From NCBI RefSeq assembly GCF_001194135.2, contig NC_068982.1:55264477-55298977 (forward strand): a stretch of 34,501 nucleotides of DNA. Reading direction: 5' to 3'. Source of the stretch: Octopus bimaculoides (taxonomy: Eukaryota). Below, piece by piece: positions 22,440 through 33,338 of this stretch; within the stretch, counting starts at the first letter, position 1; every line of letters starts with the position of its first letter. Position numbers and translations under genes: made by a program. Below the pieces are notes generated by a model. The model saw only the letters and a program-made list of their open reading frames with translations. It was not told the origin of the DNA and did no database searches.

Positions 22440-23350
22440 AGTCCATATCTTTGTGAGTGTGTGTGTGTGTGTGTGCGTGTCCTTATTGGTTTCTTAGTTT
22501 TCATGCTTTTCGTTGTCACTTTTTCTTTCCTTTCTCTTTTCTTTTGTTTTTTAATCATTTCCAAAGCACTTAAAACCTGCAAAATACACACACACACACA
22601 CACACGCACACACACATACACACGAGTATTCTATCTAATATTCTAATTAATATGCAGTCCACACACACACACACACATATACATATATCCATATGTATAT
22701 TTTCAATACAAAAGAAATAAGCGCTATATTCATATATATATATATATATATATATANNNNNNNNNNNNNNNNNNNNNNNNNNNNNNNNNNNNNNNNNNNN
22801 NNNNNNNNNNNNNNNNNNNNNNNNNNNNNNNNNNNNNNNNNNNNNNNNNNNNNNNNNNNNNNNNNNNNNNNNNNNNNNNNNNNNNNNNNNNNNNNNNNNN
22901 NNNNNNNNNNNNNNNNNNNNNNNNNNNNNNNNNNNNNNNNNNNNNNNNNNNNNNNNNNNNNNNNNNNNNNNNNNNNNNNNNNNNNNNNNNNNNNNNNNNN
23001 NNNNNNNNNNNNNNNNNNNNNNNNNNNNNNNNNNNNNNNNNNNNNNNNNNNNNNNNNNNNNNNNNNNNNNNNNNNNNNNNNNNNNNNNNNNNNNNNNNNN
23101 NNNNNNNNNNNNNNNNNNNNNNNNNNNNNNNNNNNNNNNNNNNNNNNNNNNNNNNNNNNNNNNNNNNNNNNNNNNNNNNNNNNNNNNNNNNNNNNNNNNN
23201 NNNNNNNNNNNNNNNNNNNNNNNNNNNNNNNNNNNNNNNNNNNNNNNNNNNNNNNNNNNNNNNNNNNNNNNNNNNNNNNNNNNNNNNNNNNNNNNNNNNN
23301 NNNNNNNNNNNNNNNNNNNNNNNNNNNNNNNNNNNNNNNNNNNNNNNNNN

Positions 23351-23389
<39 letters not shown>

Positions 23390-23559
23390 ATATATACACA
23401 CACACACACATAGACATATGCATATACTCATATACATATATATGTATCATATACACACGTACATACACACATATATATATCCGTATACATCTATATGTAT
23501 ATTTTCAATACACAAGTTTACTTAGATAAGTTTCGGCCTAAGTTGGCCCACGTCATATT

Positions 23560-23960
23560 TAATTTAATAGCAACCACTTGGAAGAGATACACAGTCAATT
23601 CTTGGGCACCATAGCCTATTCGAACAGAGAGTTATTGTTTTCAGAGAAATATGTGGGTGTGGGTGGTTTGTCTGGTATTTGTTGGAGGTAATCATCTAGT
23701 GATCGTTTGAATGTCATGAAATCACTTTCCTCCTTAATGTGGGCTGGCACAATGTTCAAGAGAGAAGGACCAGTTGAGGTGAAATAGTTCTGTCGTAGTG
23801 TTGTGATACGATACGAATATGATTTCTGTAGTGGACGGATGGCACGCGGGCCAAGCCTCGGTTGAATTTTAAAGATGATACCTGTATCATTTGGGCAATG
23901 TTGAGGGAATATTTTCCACATCATACAGATGATATAGCGCTCACGACAGCGTTGGGTAGA
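23560..23960 (-). mobile_element. 3' fragment of a CR1-group LINE
   Basis: WKIFPQHCPN...RLGPRAIRP...TLRQNYFTSTGPSLLNIVPAHIK...FKRSLDDYLQQIPDKP matches the C-terminal pattern of CR1/Crack-type RT ORFs. Confidence 0.8.
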
Positions 23961-23996
23961 GTAAAGTCTGAGCTACTTGAGTCGATCCCAATAGTC

Positions 23997-24027
<31 letters not shown>

Positions 24028-24735
24028 ACGTCATACATATATATATATATANNNNNNNNNNNNNNNNNNNNNNNNNNNNNNNNNNNNNNNNNNNNNNNNN
24101 NNNNNNNNNNNNNNNNNNNNNNNNNNNNNNNNNNNNNNNNNNNNNNNNNNNNNNNNNNNNNNNNNNNNNNNNNNNNNNNNNNNNNNNNNNNNNNNNNNNN
24201 NNNNNNNNNNNNNNNNNNNNNNNNNNNNNNNNNNNNNNNNNNNNNNNNNNNNNNNNNNNNNNNNNNNNNNNNNNNNNNNNNNNNNNNNNNNNNNNNNNNN
24301 NNNNNNNNNNNNNNNNNNNNNNNNNNNNNNNNNNNNNNNNNNNNNNNNNNNNNNNNNNNNNNNNNNNNNNNNNNNNNNNNNNNNNNNNNNNNNNNNNNNN
24401 NNNNNNNNNNNNNNNNNNNNNNNNNNNNNNNNNNNNNNNNNNNNNNNNNNNNNNNNNNNNNNNNNNNNNNNNNNNNNNNNNNNNNNNNNNNNNNNNNNNN
24501 NNNNNNNNNNNNNNNNNNNNNNNNNNNNNNNNNNNNNNNNNNNNNNNNNNNNNNNNNNNNNNNNNNNNNNNNNNNNNNNNNNNNNNNNNNNNNNNNNNNN
24601 NNNNNNNNNNNNNNNNNNNNNNNNNNNNNNNNNNNNNNNNNNNNNNNNNNNNNNNNNNNNNNNNNNNNNNNNNNNNNNNNNNNNNNNNNNNNNNNNNNNN
24701 NNNNNNNNNNNNNNNNNNNNNNNNNNNNNNNNNNA

Positions 24736-25046
24736 CTATAGCCTCGGGCCGACCAAATTCTTGTGAGTGGATTTGGTAGACGGAAACTGAAAGAAGCCCG
24801 TCGTATATATGTATATATATATGTGTGTGTCTGTGTGTCTGTGTTTATTCCCCCACCATCGCTTGACAACCGATGCTGGTGTGTTTACGTTCCCGTAACT
24901 TAGCGGTTCGGCAAAAAAGAGACCGATAGAATAAATACTAGGCTTCCAAAAAATAAGTTCTGGGGTCGATTTGCTCGACTAAAGGTGGTGCTCCAGCATG
25001 GCCGCAGTCAAATGGCTGAAACAAGTAAAAGAGTGAAAGAGTAAAT
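24736..25046 (+). mobile_element. Composite SINE (5' end lost in gap), internal (AT/GT)n
   Basis: GCCTCGGGCCGACCAAA...GGTAGACGGAAACTGAAAGAAGCCCGTCG, microsatellite, then TTACGTTCCCGTAACTTAGCGGTTCGGC...CATGGCCGCAGTCAAATGGCTGAAACAAGTAAAAGAG. Confidence 0.88.
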
Positions 25047-26499
25047 ACTTATGCCATCTTTACGCAATAATTCTATCTATGAATAATAATTTTCATAAAT
25101 TTACAAGTAATCACTCAAAAATAATTTAGTAATATTCTGTTTACTTCGCATAACTGTTCCATTAATGTGTGTATCACAATGCGAATTATCTTTGCTTACA
25201 ATTATTTCAGTTTCGTACTTACGCTGTTATATAGATTCAACTTCATCATAAATCCAGTTTTGTTTTTTATTATCATGGCAATTTGCATGCAGTGTGAAGT
25301 ATGTTTTTTATATACTTTGGTATGAAGAGCATTATAATGAAGTTACTTATTCGAAGTTAAAGATCATATTGTGTACATTTTCATATTTTTATATTAAGAA
25401 CTAGGTTTAATAATTATCGTGACATGAGTCTCTTTTCGTTTTAAGATGCCACAGAATATACAACATATAGTGATTCCAATATTTTTGAGCAACAATGCTA
25501 GTCCCATACTTTTTATGGGACTAGTACACGCGCGCGCGCGCGCAGAGGGTGTAACAGATAAATTGGGACAAATTTCAAATAAATACATTTCTAATTGTAT
25601 AGATTTTGTTGGAGTCTAAGTTTTATATATGTTCTTCCCCCACTCTTTCTTCTATATTATCTGATGAATCCATATTTCTTATATAATTTCTGCATAACAT
25701 GTATCTGCTTTTACCTTCTCCCTCCAAACTATTTTTCTCTCCTTCAATCATTCCCACCTCTCACACTAATCTTTATTTTCTCTCTCTTTTCCCTCTAATC
25801 TTCTTTATATTCTACTTTTCTTTTTTTTTTCTGTTATGCATGTAGATAAAAATGCGTGCATTTCTTCACTGTACTTGAAATCTTTTCACTGTATTGAAAT
25901 CTACGAAATAACTTATTATTTATGTACTGTGTAACACACACGCATCCTGTATAATGCGGTTACAGGCGTGGGAAGGAGTAAGAAGAGAAGAAAGACAAAG
26001 AAAGAAAGAAGAAAAGAAAGAAAGAAAAGTAAGCGCAATAAACGATTGAATTTAGGAATCGGGAAAACTTGTACGACAAAAGACCTTCCTTACCCGACCG
26101 ATTATGCCGATTATGTTCACCCTGACAGGATTAGGGACACAGTAATCTATGTTCTTATCTTCCCAGATGTACACAAAATTATGCATTGACCACGATATTC
26201 TGGGTACAAATTGGTGGGAGGAGAAAGGGAGAGGCATAATAGGTGTGAATAATACCGGCTATTGTTTCAGGGTCTGTCTGCCAAGAAATACAGTCATGTG
26301 ATAATCAATAGAGGGAGAAAGAAATCCCCTCCCCACTTTCAATGTTTTGTTTTCTAACAAATATGCGTTATTCATATTTATGTTTCAAGAGACGCACGTA
26401 TTGTTGCTGTTCCTGTTGCTACTGTTACTCCACTGCTGTTGCAGTTCCTTCTGTTGCTTCTTCTATTGCTCTTGGTGTAAAAAAAAAATACTAGTTTAT

Positions 26500-26880
26500 A
26501 GCGAGGGCGCGAAAGCCTAGTGGTTAGGATGTTGCACTAAAGATGGCTTTCCAATCACATGGTACCAGGTTCAGACCCACAGCGTGGCACTTCGACCAGG
26601 TATCTTCTACTGTAGTAGAAGTCTTGGGCCAAGCAAAGCCCTGTCAGCGGATTTGGTAGACGGAAAGATGATAACTGAAAGAAGCTCGTCGTGTGTGTGT
26701 GAGTGTGTGTATGTGGACTCGTTGGCTTTGATTCCTGAACCTGCCAGTGCATTGTGTTCTTCAGCAAAACACTTTAACTCACGTTACTCTGCGATCACTT
26801 GGACATCTGACATGTACACCTGTACAGGCAATGTCGATTTAGTGGAGGCTGTGAGCTTATGTACAGCACAAACATGTGTA
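26500..26880 (+). mobile_element. Nested SINEs: composite-SINE 5' fragment (26546-26715) inside a TTGTGTTCTT-core SINE
   Basis: A-box head GCCTAGTGGTTAGGATGTTGCAC at about 26516-26538. The host resumes at about 26720 with GGCTTTGATTCC and TTGTGTTCTTCAGCAAAACAC. Confidence 0.65.
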
Positions 26881-26889
26881 TTTAATCCT

Positions 26890-27348
26890 TTACCTTTCAC
26901 TTGTTTCAGTCATTAGATTGAGGCCATGCTGGGGCACTGCCCTGAAGAATTTTAGTGGAACTAATCGACCCCAGTACTTATTTTTGTTTTTTTTAAGTCT
27001 GACACTTATTCTATCGGTCTCCTTGTCGAAATGCTAAGTTACGGAGACGTAAACACACCAACACTGGTTGTGAAACGGTGGTGGGAGACAAACATAGACA
27101 CAAAGACACACACACTCATACACTCGCGCGCACACAAGCACACACGCACACACACACACATACACACACACACACATATACGACGGGCTTCTTTCAGTTA
27201 TCATCTTTCCGTCTACCAAATCCGCTCACAGGGCTTTGCTTGGCCTAAGGCTGTAGTAGAAGATACCTGCCCGAGGTGCCACGCTCTGAGTCTGAACCCA
27301 GTACCATGTGATTGGAAAGCAAACTTCTTACCACACAGTCACGCCTAT
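26890..27348 (-). mobile_element. Full-length composite SINE
   Basis: tRNA head at 27348-27280, internal (CA)n, family tail (CATGGCCTCAATCTAATGACTGAAACAAGTGAAAG on the minus strand). Confidence 0.88.
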
Positions 27349-27697
27349 AAACAAATCATCTGTGCAGATTGTTCAACAAGAAACTGCAGACTCCTCGTCT
27401 GTCGTCTATGACAGGTGGGTCAACGAGTTCACCAGTCCAGTAGCGGTGACTTTTTTCTTCTTTCACTCTGTTTTTCTTATGAGTTGCCAATTAGTCGTGG
27501 ACTGATGGACTCGTTGACTCTGTCTCTATGACTTAATCAGGAATTGAAGGCCCAAGACAAAATGTTATTTTGTCTTGACTATTAAATGTTATAATGATGA
27601 TGATATTGATGGTATAAGTAGTAGTAGTTGTAGTGGTGAGGATGTAATTGTTGTTACCCTTGTTTTGGTAAACAAACTTCTTCACGTATCCATATAT

Positions 27698-27797
27698 TGC
27701 TGAACCGCTAACTTACGGAGACATAAACACACCAACATCGGTTGTCAGTCAGTAGTGGGGGTCAAACACAGACACACATACACTCACACACACACAC

Positions 27798-27856
<59 letters not shown>

Positions 27857-28018
27857 TACGGTGAGCTTCTTTCAGTTTCCGTCTGCCAAATCCACTCACA
27901 AGGCTTTAGTCGGCCCGAAGATATAGTAGAAGACACTTGATCAAGATGTCAAGCAGTGGAACCGAACCCGAAAGCATGTGCTTGAGAAGCAAGCTTCTTA
28001 CCGCACAGTCACACCTGG
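27698..28018 (-). mobile_element. Composite SINE, 3' truncated, internal (CA)/(CT)n
   Basis: Homologous to 26890-27348. Confidence 0.82.
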
Positions 28019-28475
28019 GCTTGCTGCTAATAAATACTATAAACTGCAGTGCATTATTTTGCACGAGAACTTATAACGTTGATAATTCGACTCAACCATA
28101 AAATAGACATCATTTATCCTTCTTAAAAACATACCTATTATTGGTTCATTCTGTGAATGCAGAAGCTGGACAAGTACCTGTATATATANNNNNNNNNNNN
28201 NNNNNNNNNNNNNNNNNNNNNNNNNNNNNNNNNNNNNNNNNNNNNNNNNNNNNNNNNNNNNNNNNNNNNNNNNNNNNNNNNNNNNNNNNNNNNNNNNNNN
28301 NNNNNNNNNNNNNNNNNNNNNNNNNNNNNNNNNNNNNNNNNNNNNNNNNNNNNNNNNNNNNNNNNNNNNNNNNNNNNNNNNNNNNNNNNNNNNNNNNNNN
28401 NNNNNNNNNNNNNNNNNNNNNNNNNNNNNNNNNNNNNNNNNNNNNNNNNNNNNNNNNNNNNNNNNNNNNNNNNNN

Positions 28476-28532
<57 letters not shown>

Positions 28533-29825
28533 TAAGTATTACATTTACGTATGCATATATATTATTTATATTATTATATAATTGAACGCCAGGCATCCTC
28601 TTCCAAGTAAGTTATATATATATATGATTTTTTTTATATAGTACCTTGTCAGACGAGTAAGGGCGGCACCCTTAACCTTTTACAGAGCCTTCGAGACTGG
28701 CGGGAATAAAATAGGTTAATAATCTCACATTGGAGACATAGCCCGAATGCTTTTAATTTAGCAATATTAAAAGCATTCTCCTATTATCATACAAGCTGAA
28801 ATGTATAGAAGTAGACAAGAATAGAAAGCATATATATATAAATATATATACATACACAGAGAGAGAATATGTATATATATATATATATATATTGTGTATG
28901 TGTGTATATATATTCGGTTAGAAATGAATGTCAAAATTCATAAGAACAGTTTAAGTCGTATACGATGCAAGTTGGGTAGGTTTTCTTCAATGAGTTCAGG
29001 AGTCATTGAGTTCAGGTTAAAGTTGTAGTTTAAGTTCGAAATAGTGAATTATTAAAAATATCTATAAAAGGCATTGATAACCGCTTTCAAACTCATTCAT
29101 TCAATTTCCTATCCGACTGTGGTCCTGTTCCTGTTACGATAACAATTTATCTAGCTCACTCGAGTGTGTAACATGCAGAGAAAGAGAGAAAAAAAAGAAA
29201 TGTATATTTTCCCACCATGTTGATAAAATAGCGAAAGATGTAATCATGTGTCAAGAAACTGCATAAAATTCTCCCGCCAAAATTAAGAAAAATCATTGGC
29301 TAATTAAGGTCAACTGACAGTCTAAACTATAACACATTCCTTATAACCGAAATAGATGTGACAGACATTCTTTTCTTTTTTTTAGTTCATCGATACAAAA
29401 TGGACTGAATAAATACGAACTAGTTGACCACAGGCTGCGTTGAAAATCATCTATGTGACTTGTTTCATTTGCTATTCAAATGAGTTTATTGATTATTATT
29501 TATACGTTCATTTCTAATCAATACTTTTTCCTTTTCTGTACATTTTCTATTCATTTCAACTTCTGTCTTGATAAGGATATATTTATAATACCAAAATATT
29601 GAAATATTGGTTTTCTTATATAGCCACAAGGTTTCGAGTTTATTGGGGTGCCTACTTTCGAACTAAAGGATTACTCAATGCTTTCTGTAGCATACATATT
29701 CTCATACAAGAATAGTCACGACAGTTTCGGCTCTATTTGACTTTCATCGGACTATCTAATGAAGGTTAAGCAGGCTGAAACTTAGAAGACACTGTCAAAG
29801 TTATTCTTGTGAAAGATATATGCAT

Positions 29826-29991
29826 ATACATATATTATTTACATTATTTACATTGAATGGATATGTGTCCTCATCTTGTTTGTTGTTACCACAACGTTTC
29901 GGCTGATTTACTCTCCAGCTTTCATCAGGTGTCCTGATGGAATTTTGAAACCAACCCCGGGTTCTCATTCCTAAAGTATTTTTTGCTGATG

Positions 29992-30082
<91 letters not shown>

Positions 30083-30083
30083 T
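29826..30083 (-). mobile_element. (TAA)n-headed repeat with hammerhead motif, probably Penelope-derived (copy A)
   Basis: Inverted homolog of 30158-30390. Hammerhead at 29890-29931. Confidence 0.7.
29890..29931 (-). ncRNA. Minimal type I hammerhead motif
   Basis: CAC-CUGAUGA-AA-GCUG-gagaguaaau-CAGC-C-GAAA-C-GU-U-GUG. Confidence 0.55.
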
Positions 30084-30153
30084 TATTCAAGGCATTGCTT
30101 GGAATTTAACTCGCAATTTTGGAGTTAGTAGAACGCGCTCTTAACCATTACAC

Positions 30154-30157
<4 letters not shown>

Positions 30158-30225
<68 letters not shown>

Positions 30226-30390
30226 TCAGCAAAAAATACGTTAGGAATGAGAACCCATAGTTAGGTTCCAAATTCTACCAGAATACCTGATGAAGGCTGG
30301 GGAGTAAATCAGCCGAAACGTTGTGGTAACAACAAACAAGATGAGGACACATATCCGTCCAATATAAATAATGTAAATAATATACAGAAT
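30158..30390 (+). mobile_element. (TAA)n-headed repeat with hammerhead motif (copy B)
   Basis: Inverted homolog of 29826-30083. Confidence 0.7.
30284..30325 (+). ncRNA. Minimal type I hammerhead motif with intact core
   Basis: UAC-CUGAUGA-A-GGCUG-gggaguaaau-CAGCC-GAAA-C-GU-U-GUG. Confidence 0.6.
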
Positions 30391-30460
30391 TCTTCATCTC
30401 AAAAATATAGAACAGTACATATATTTATATTACATATATGCACACACATAATGTGTGTAC

Positions 30461-30521
<61 letters not shown>

Positions 30522-30687
30522 CAATGAAACAGATAGACAGAGGTAGAGAGATAGGAAAAGAGAAAGAGAGAGAGTACAATTTTATTGACTCCAGAAAAAT
30601 GAAAGACAATGTTAATCCGGCAGAATGTGAATTCAGAATGTAAACACCGTTCGACGATCTAACGATTCTGCCAATTTACAATATTAT

Positions 30688-30903
30688 AATATTGGTTTCA
30701 AATTTTGCCACAAAGCCAGCAATATCAGAGGAGTGGGTAAGTCGATTACATTGAACCCACTGTTCAACTGGTACTTATTTTATCGACCCCAAACGGAAGA
30801 AAACGAAATTCAATCTCGGCGGAATTTGAACTTAGAACGTAAGACGGACGAAGTGCCGCTAAGCACATACCGCGGCCTGGTATCGATTCTACCAGTTCGC
30901 CTC
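30688..30903 (-). mobile_element. tRNA-derived SINE, GGCGAGCTGGCAGAA family
   Basis: Reverse complement GGCGAACTGGTAGAATCG...AAGTTCAAATTCCGCCGAG...GGGGTCGATAAAATAAGTACCAGTTGAAC. A second degenerate copy lies at about 30578-30680. Confidence 0.82.
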
Positions 30904-31282
30904 TTTACCGTATTGGTAATGTTATTTTTTAATGCGTTCATTACTGATTTCAAATTTATTAACTTAATTTCTGATATAACAACGTTTTTTTTTATGTTAC
31001 TACTATCATAAATGCGTGCGAGTTTGTTTATTTATACCCACACATATAAACAGAGGTGGGGGAGGATGATAGTGATGTATGTATGCTTATATATATCGAG
31101 ATAAAAAGAAAGAGTGAAAAACAAGATGGTGGGAAGATGGAAAGAAACAGAGACAAAGAGTCTAGTATCTATCATGTTGAATTAATCCCCAAGAAACATT
31201 TCGCATCCATTTAGGTTTTTATTTTCTCTTATAAAAATATACTCACGTAGATACATGCGAAGATACAAGGAAAATTAGCGCG

Positions 31283-31333
<51 letters not shown>

Positions 31334-32074
31334 CAGCAGCAGCAGCAGAAGGAGAAGCAGCAGTAAACATTGATACACAGATGCCCTGAAAGATGTGTAG
31401 AAACGTTAGACTATAGCATCACATGTTGGATAACGATAGTAGAGATAATATGAAATGAAGTAGAAACAACAGAAGTGGAATTAGAAATAAATGAAGTCTA
31501 TGCCATCTGATAAACTTATAAAGTCGCTTGTTGGAAATTCACGACTGTTTTGTTAGTTTACAGTTTTCAGTTCAACGTACTTATATTGGCTATGGCTTGT
31601 AGGAGGGATGGCTGGGTTTCAAGCAAGGCCGCTTCAACAATTGGCTGGTGTGTTTAATGTTTATTTTTAGATCAAATTTGAAATCAGATATGATGGAGAT
31701 CGAGTAAAAGATAAAATATTATAGAGATTCAATATGGAAAATGAATTCCTTGTTGTTATATATTCCCAGATCACTGATCCTTAATCGTGTGGACCTATGA
31801 TTAAATGTATTTCAGCTGTGATTATCCCGTCTTTTTCGAATGTGCAGAGGACCCAAGACCATATTATTCAACGAGTTCATTCTTTAGGGAGTAAGGTGTG
31901 ATTAGAGACATATTTGGCTGCTATTTATGGCAGATTGAGCAACCATTTAACAGCTCCCTCACTGACTTGTTTGTGAATCGGTTTTGCTATAATTAACATT
32001 AAGTATACAATGCTGGAATGATTAACAGGAAGAGCGATTTGCTGTAGTTAATTGCCTCTTTTTATCGTCTCACT

Positions 32075-32718
32075 TTATATTCCGCCGGGGTCGATTTTAT
32101 TCTTCATTCAACAAAATAAGTACCAGTCATCTGCAGGGATCGATTATAATCTGCCATAAAGAATCGTGGCCTTACGCTTGTGTTAGATATGATTTTAGTT
32201 GTAGAAGATGTGGAGTGAATGACAAAAGCAGCATGGTGCCCGATGAAGTATCTGGCACATTTAGATACGACTCTATACATTCTGGCTGCCTATCCCGCAA
32301 TATCGATAAAATAAGGTACCAGTCTATTGCTAACCCTTTCCCCTCAAAACTACTGATCTTGTGCCTAAATTAAAAATAATTATTAAAGGCGATGAAAGGT
32401 GAAGTCAATGGAAAATATTTCGCGTTAAAGGATTTCTCGTTACTTTTTATGGAATGGGACATTTTCGTAACACGACAATACCCGTGATTTAACGTTTAAA
32501 ATCATTGAGCTGGGGACAATATAATTGTTTTCAATCTATGTACAAGACCAGCAATTATGAAAGGAGGAGGCACATCGGCCTAGCAAGTAACTGGCGCTTT
32601 ATTTTATCGAACTTGTAGGGGAGGTGAATAAAACGCAAAGTTTGATCTCAGAACGTAATACACCAGAAATACCACACGGCATTTTTTCCGACGTTCTAAC
32701 GATTCCTCCAGCTCGAAT
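32075..32718. mobile_element. Cluster of three degenerate GGCGAGCTGGCAGAA-family SINE fragments (32075-32195 +, 32270-32385 +, 32525-32718 -)
   Basis: AAAATAAG(G)TACCAGTC bodies and, on the minus strand, CGAGCTGGAGGAATCGTTAGAACG. Confidence 0.6.
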
Positions 32719-33282
32719 CTAATAAATAAATATTTTGTCAATTTGTTGGGCCAAGCTTAAATCCTCCCCACCCCACCCTCAGAATGTATAAAGAAATTAC
32801 ACTAATGTATTCTATCTTAAATTCTGACTTGATGATCAAATCTTCAATTGTACATGTTATATAATAGCTGCAACAGAACCCATCCTCGATCACCCGTTCC
32901 GGTACATTTACAATAATCCACTCGCTATTAATAGCGAAATAAGTTTTAAGAACAGGGGAAATTTTACGTGCCCGTACGATAAGCCACAGTGTCCTCAAAG
33001 GTCTAGAAAAGCAGTTAAAAAACACACTGTTCAAACAATCAGCTATTACACAAATGTCCTCTCACTCACTTCACATGTTTTTACTTCTTGAGGTAAAAAA
33101 AAGACGATTATCTCTCCCTTGATTCTGTATCTAGATTTCTTTCGAGACGAACACAATACAGATTTAAAGATTTCAGAAAACTGCTTGGTTAATAAATAAC
33201 CAAAGAAAACATAGATAATTCCCAAAAGTCAAGTAGCTCAGAACCCAAATAAAGCAAACTTGTAACGAGTGCCTCATATCTA

Positions 33283-33338
<56 letters not shown>

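Larger units (their letters stand above)
3852..28475. other. Assembly gaps: 3852-4065, 6845-6854, 7597-8595, 14444-15304, 19976-20026, 20774-20783, 21461-21479, 22757-23350, 24052-24735, 28189-28475
   Basis: N runs, most of them flanked by (AT)n. Confidence 0.98.

Noticed and set aside
31590-31645. EGWLGFKQGRFNNW resembling a PH-domain first strand
   Set aside because: Too short, weak splice signals, and an in-frame stop immediately upstream.
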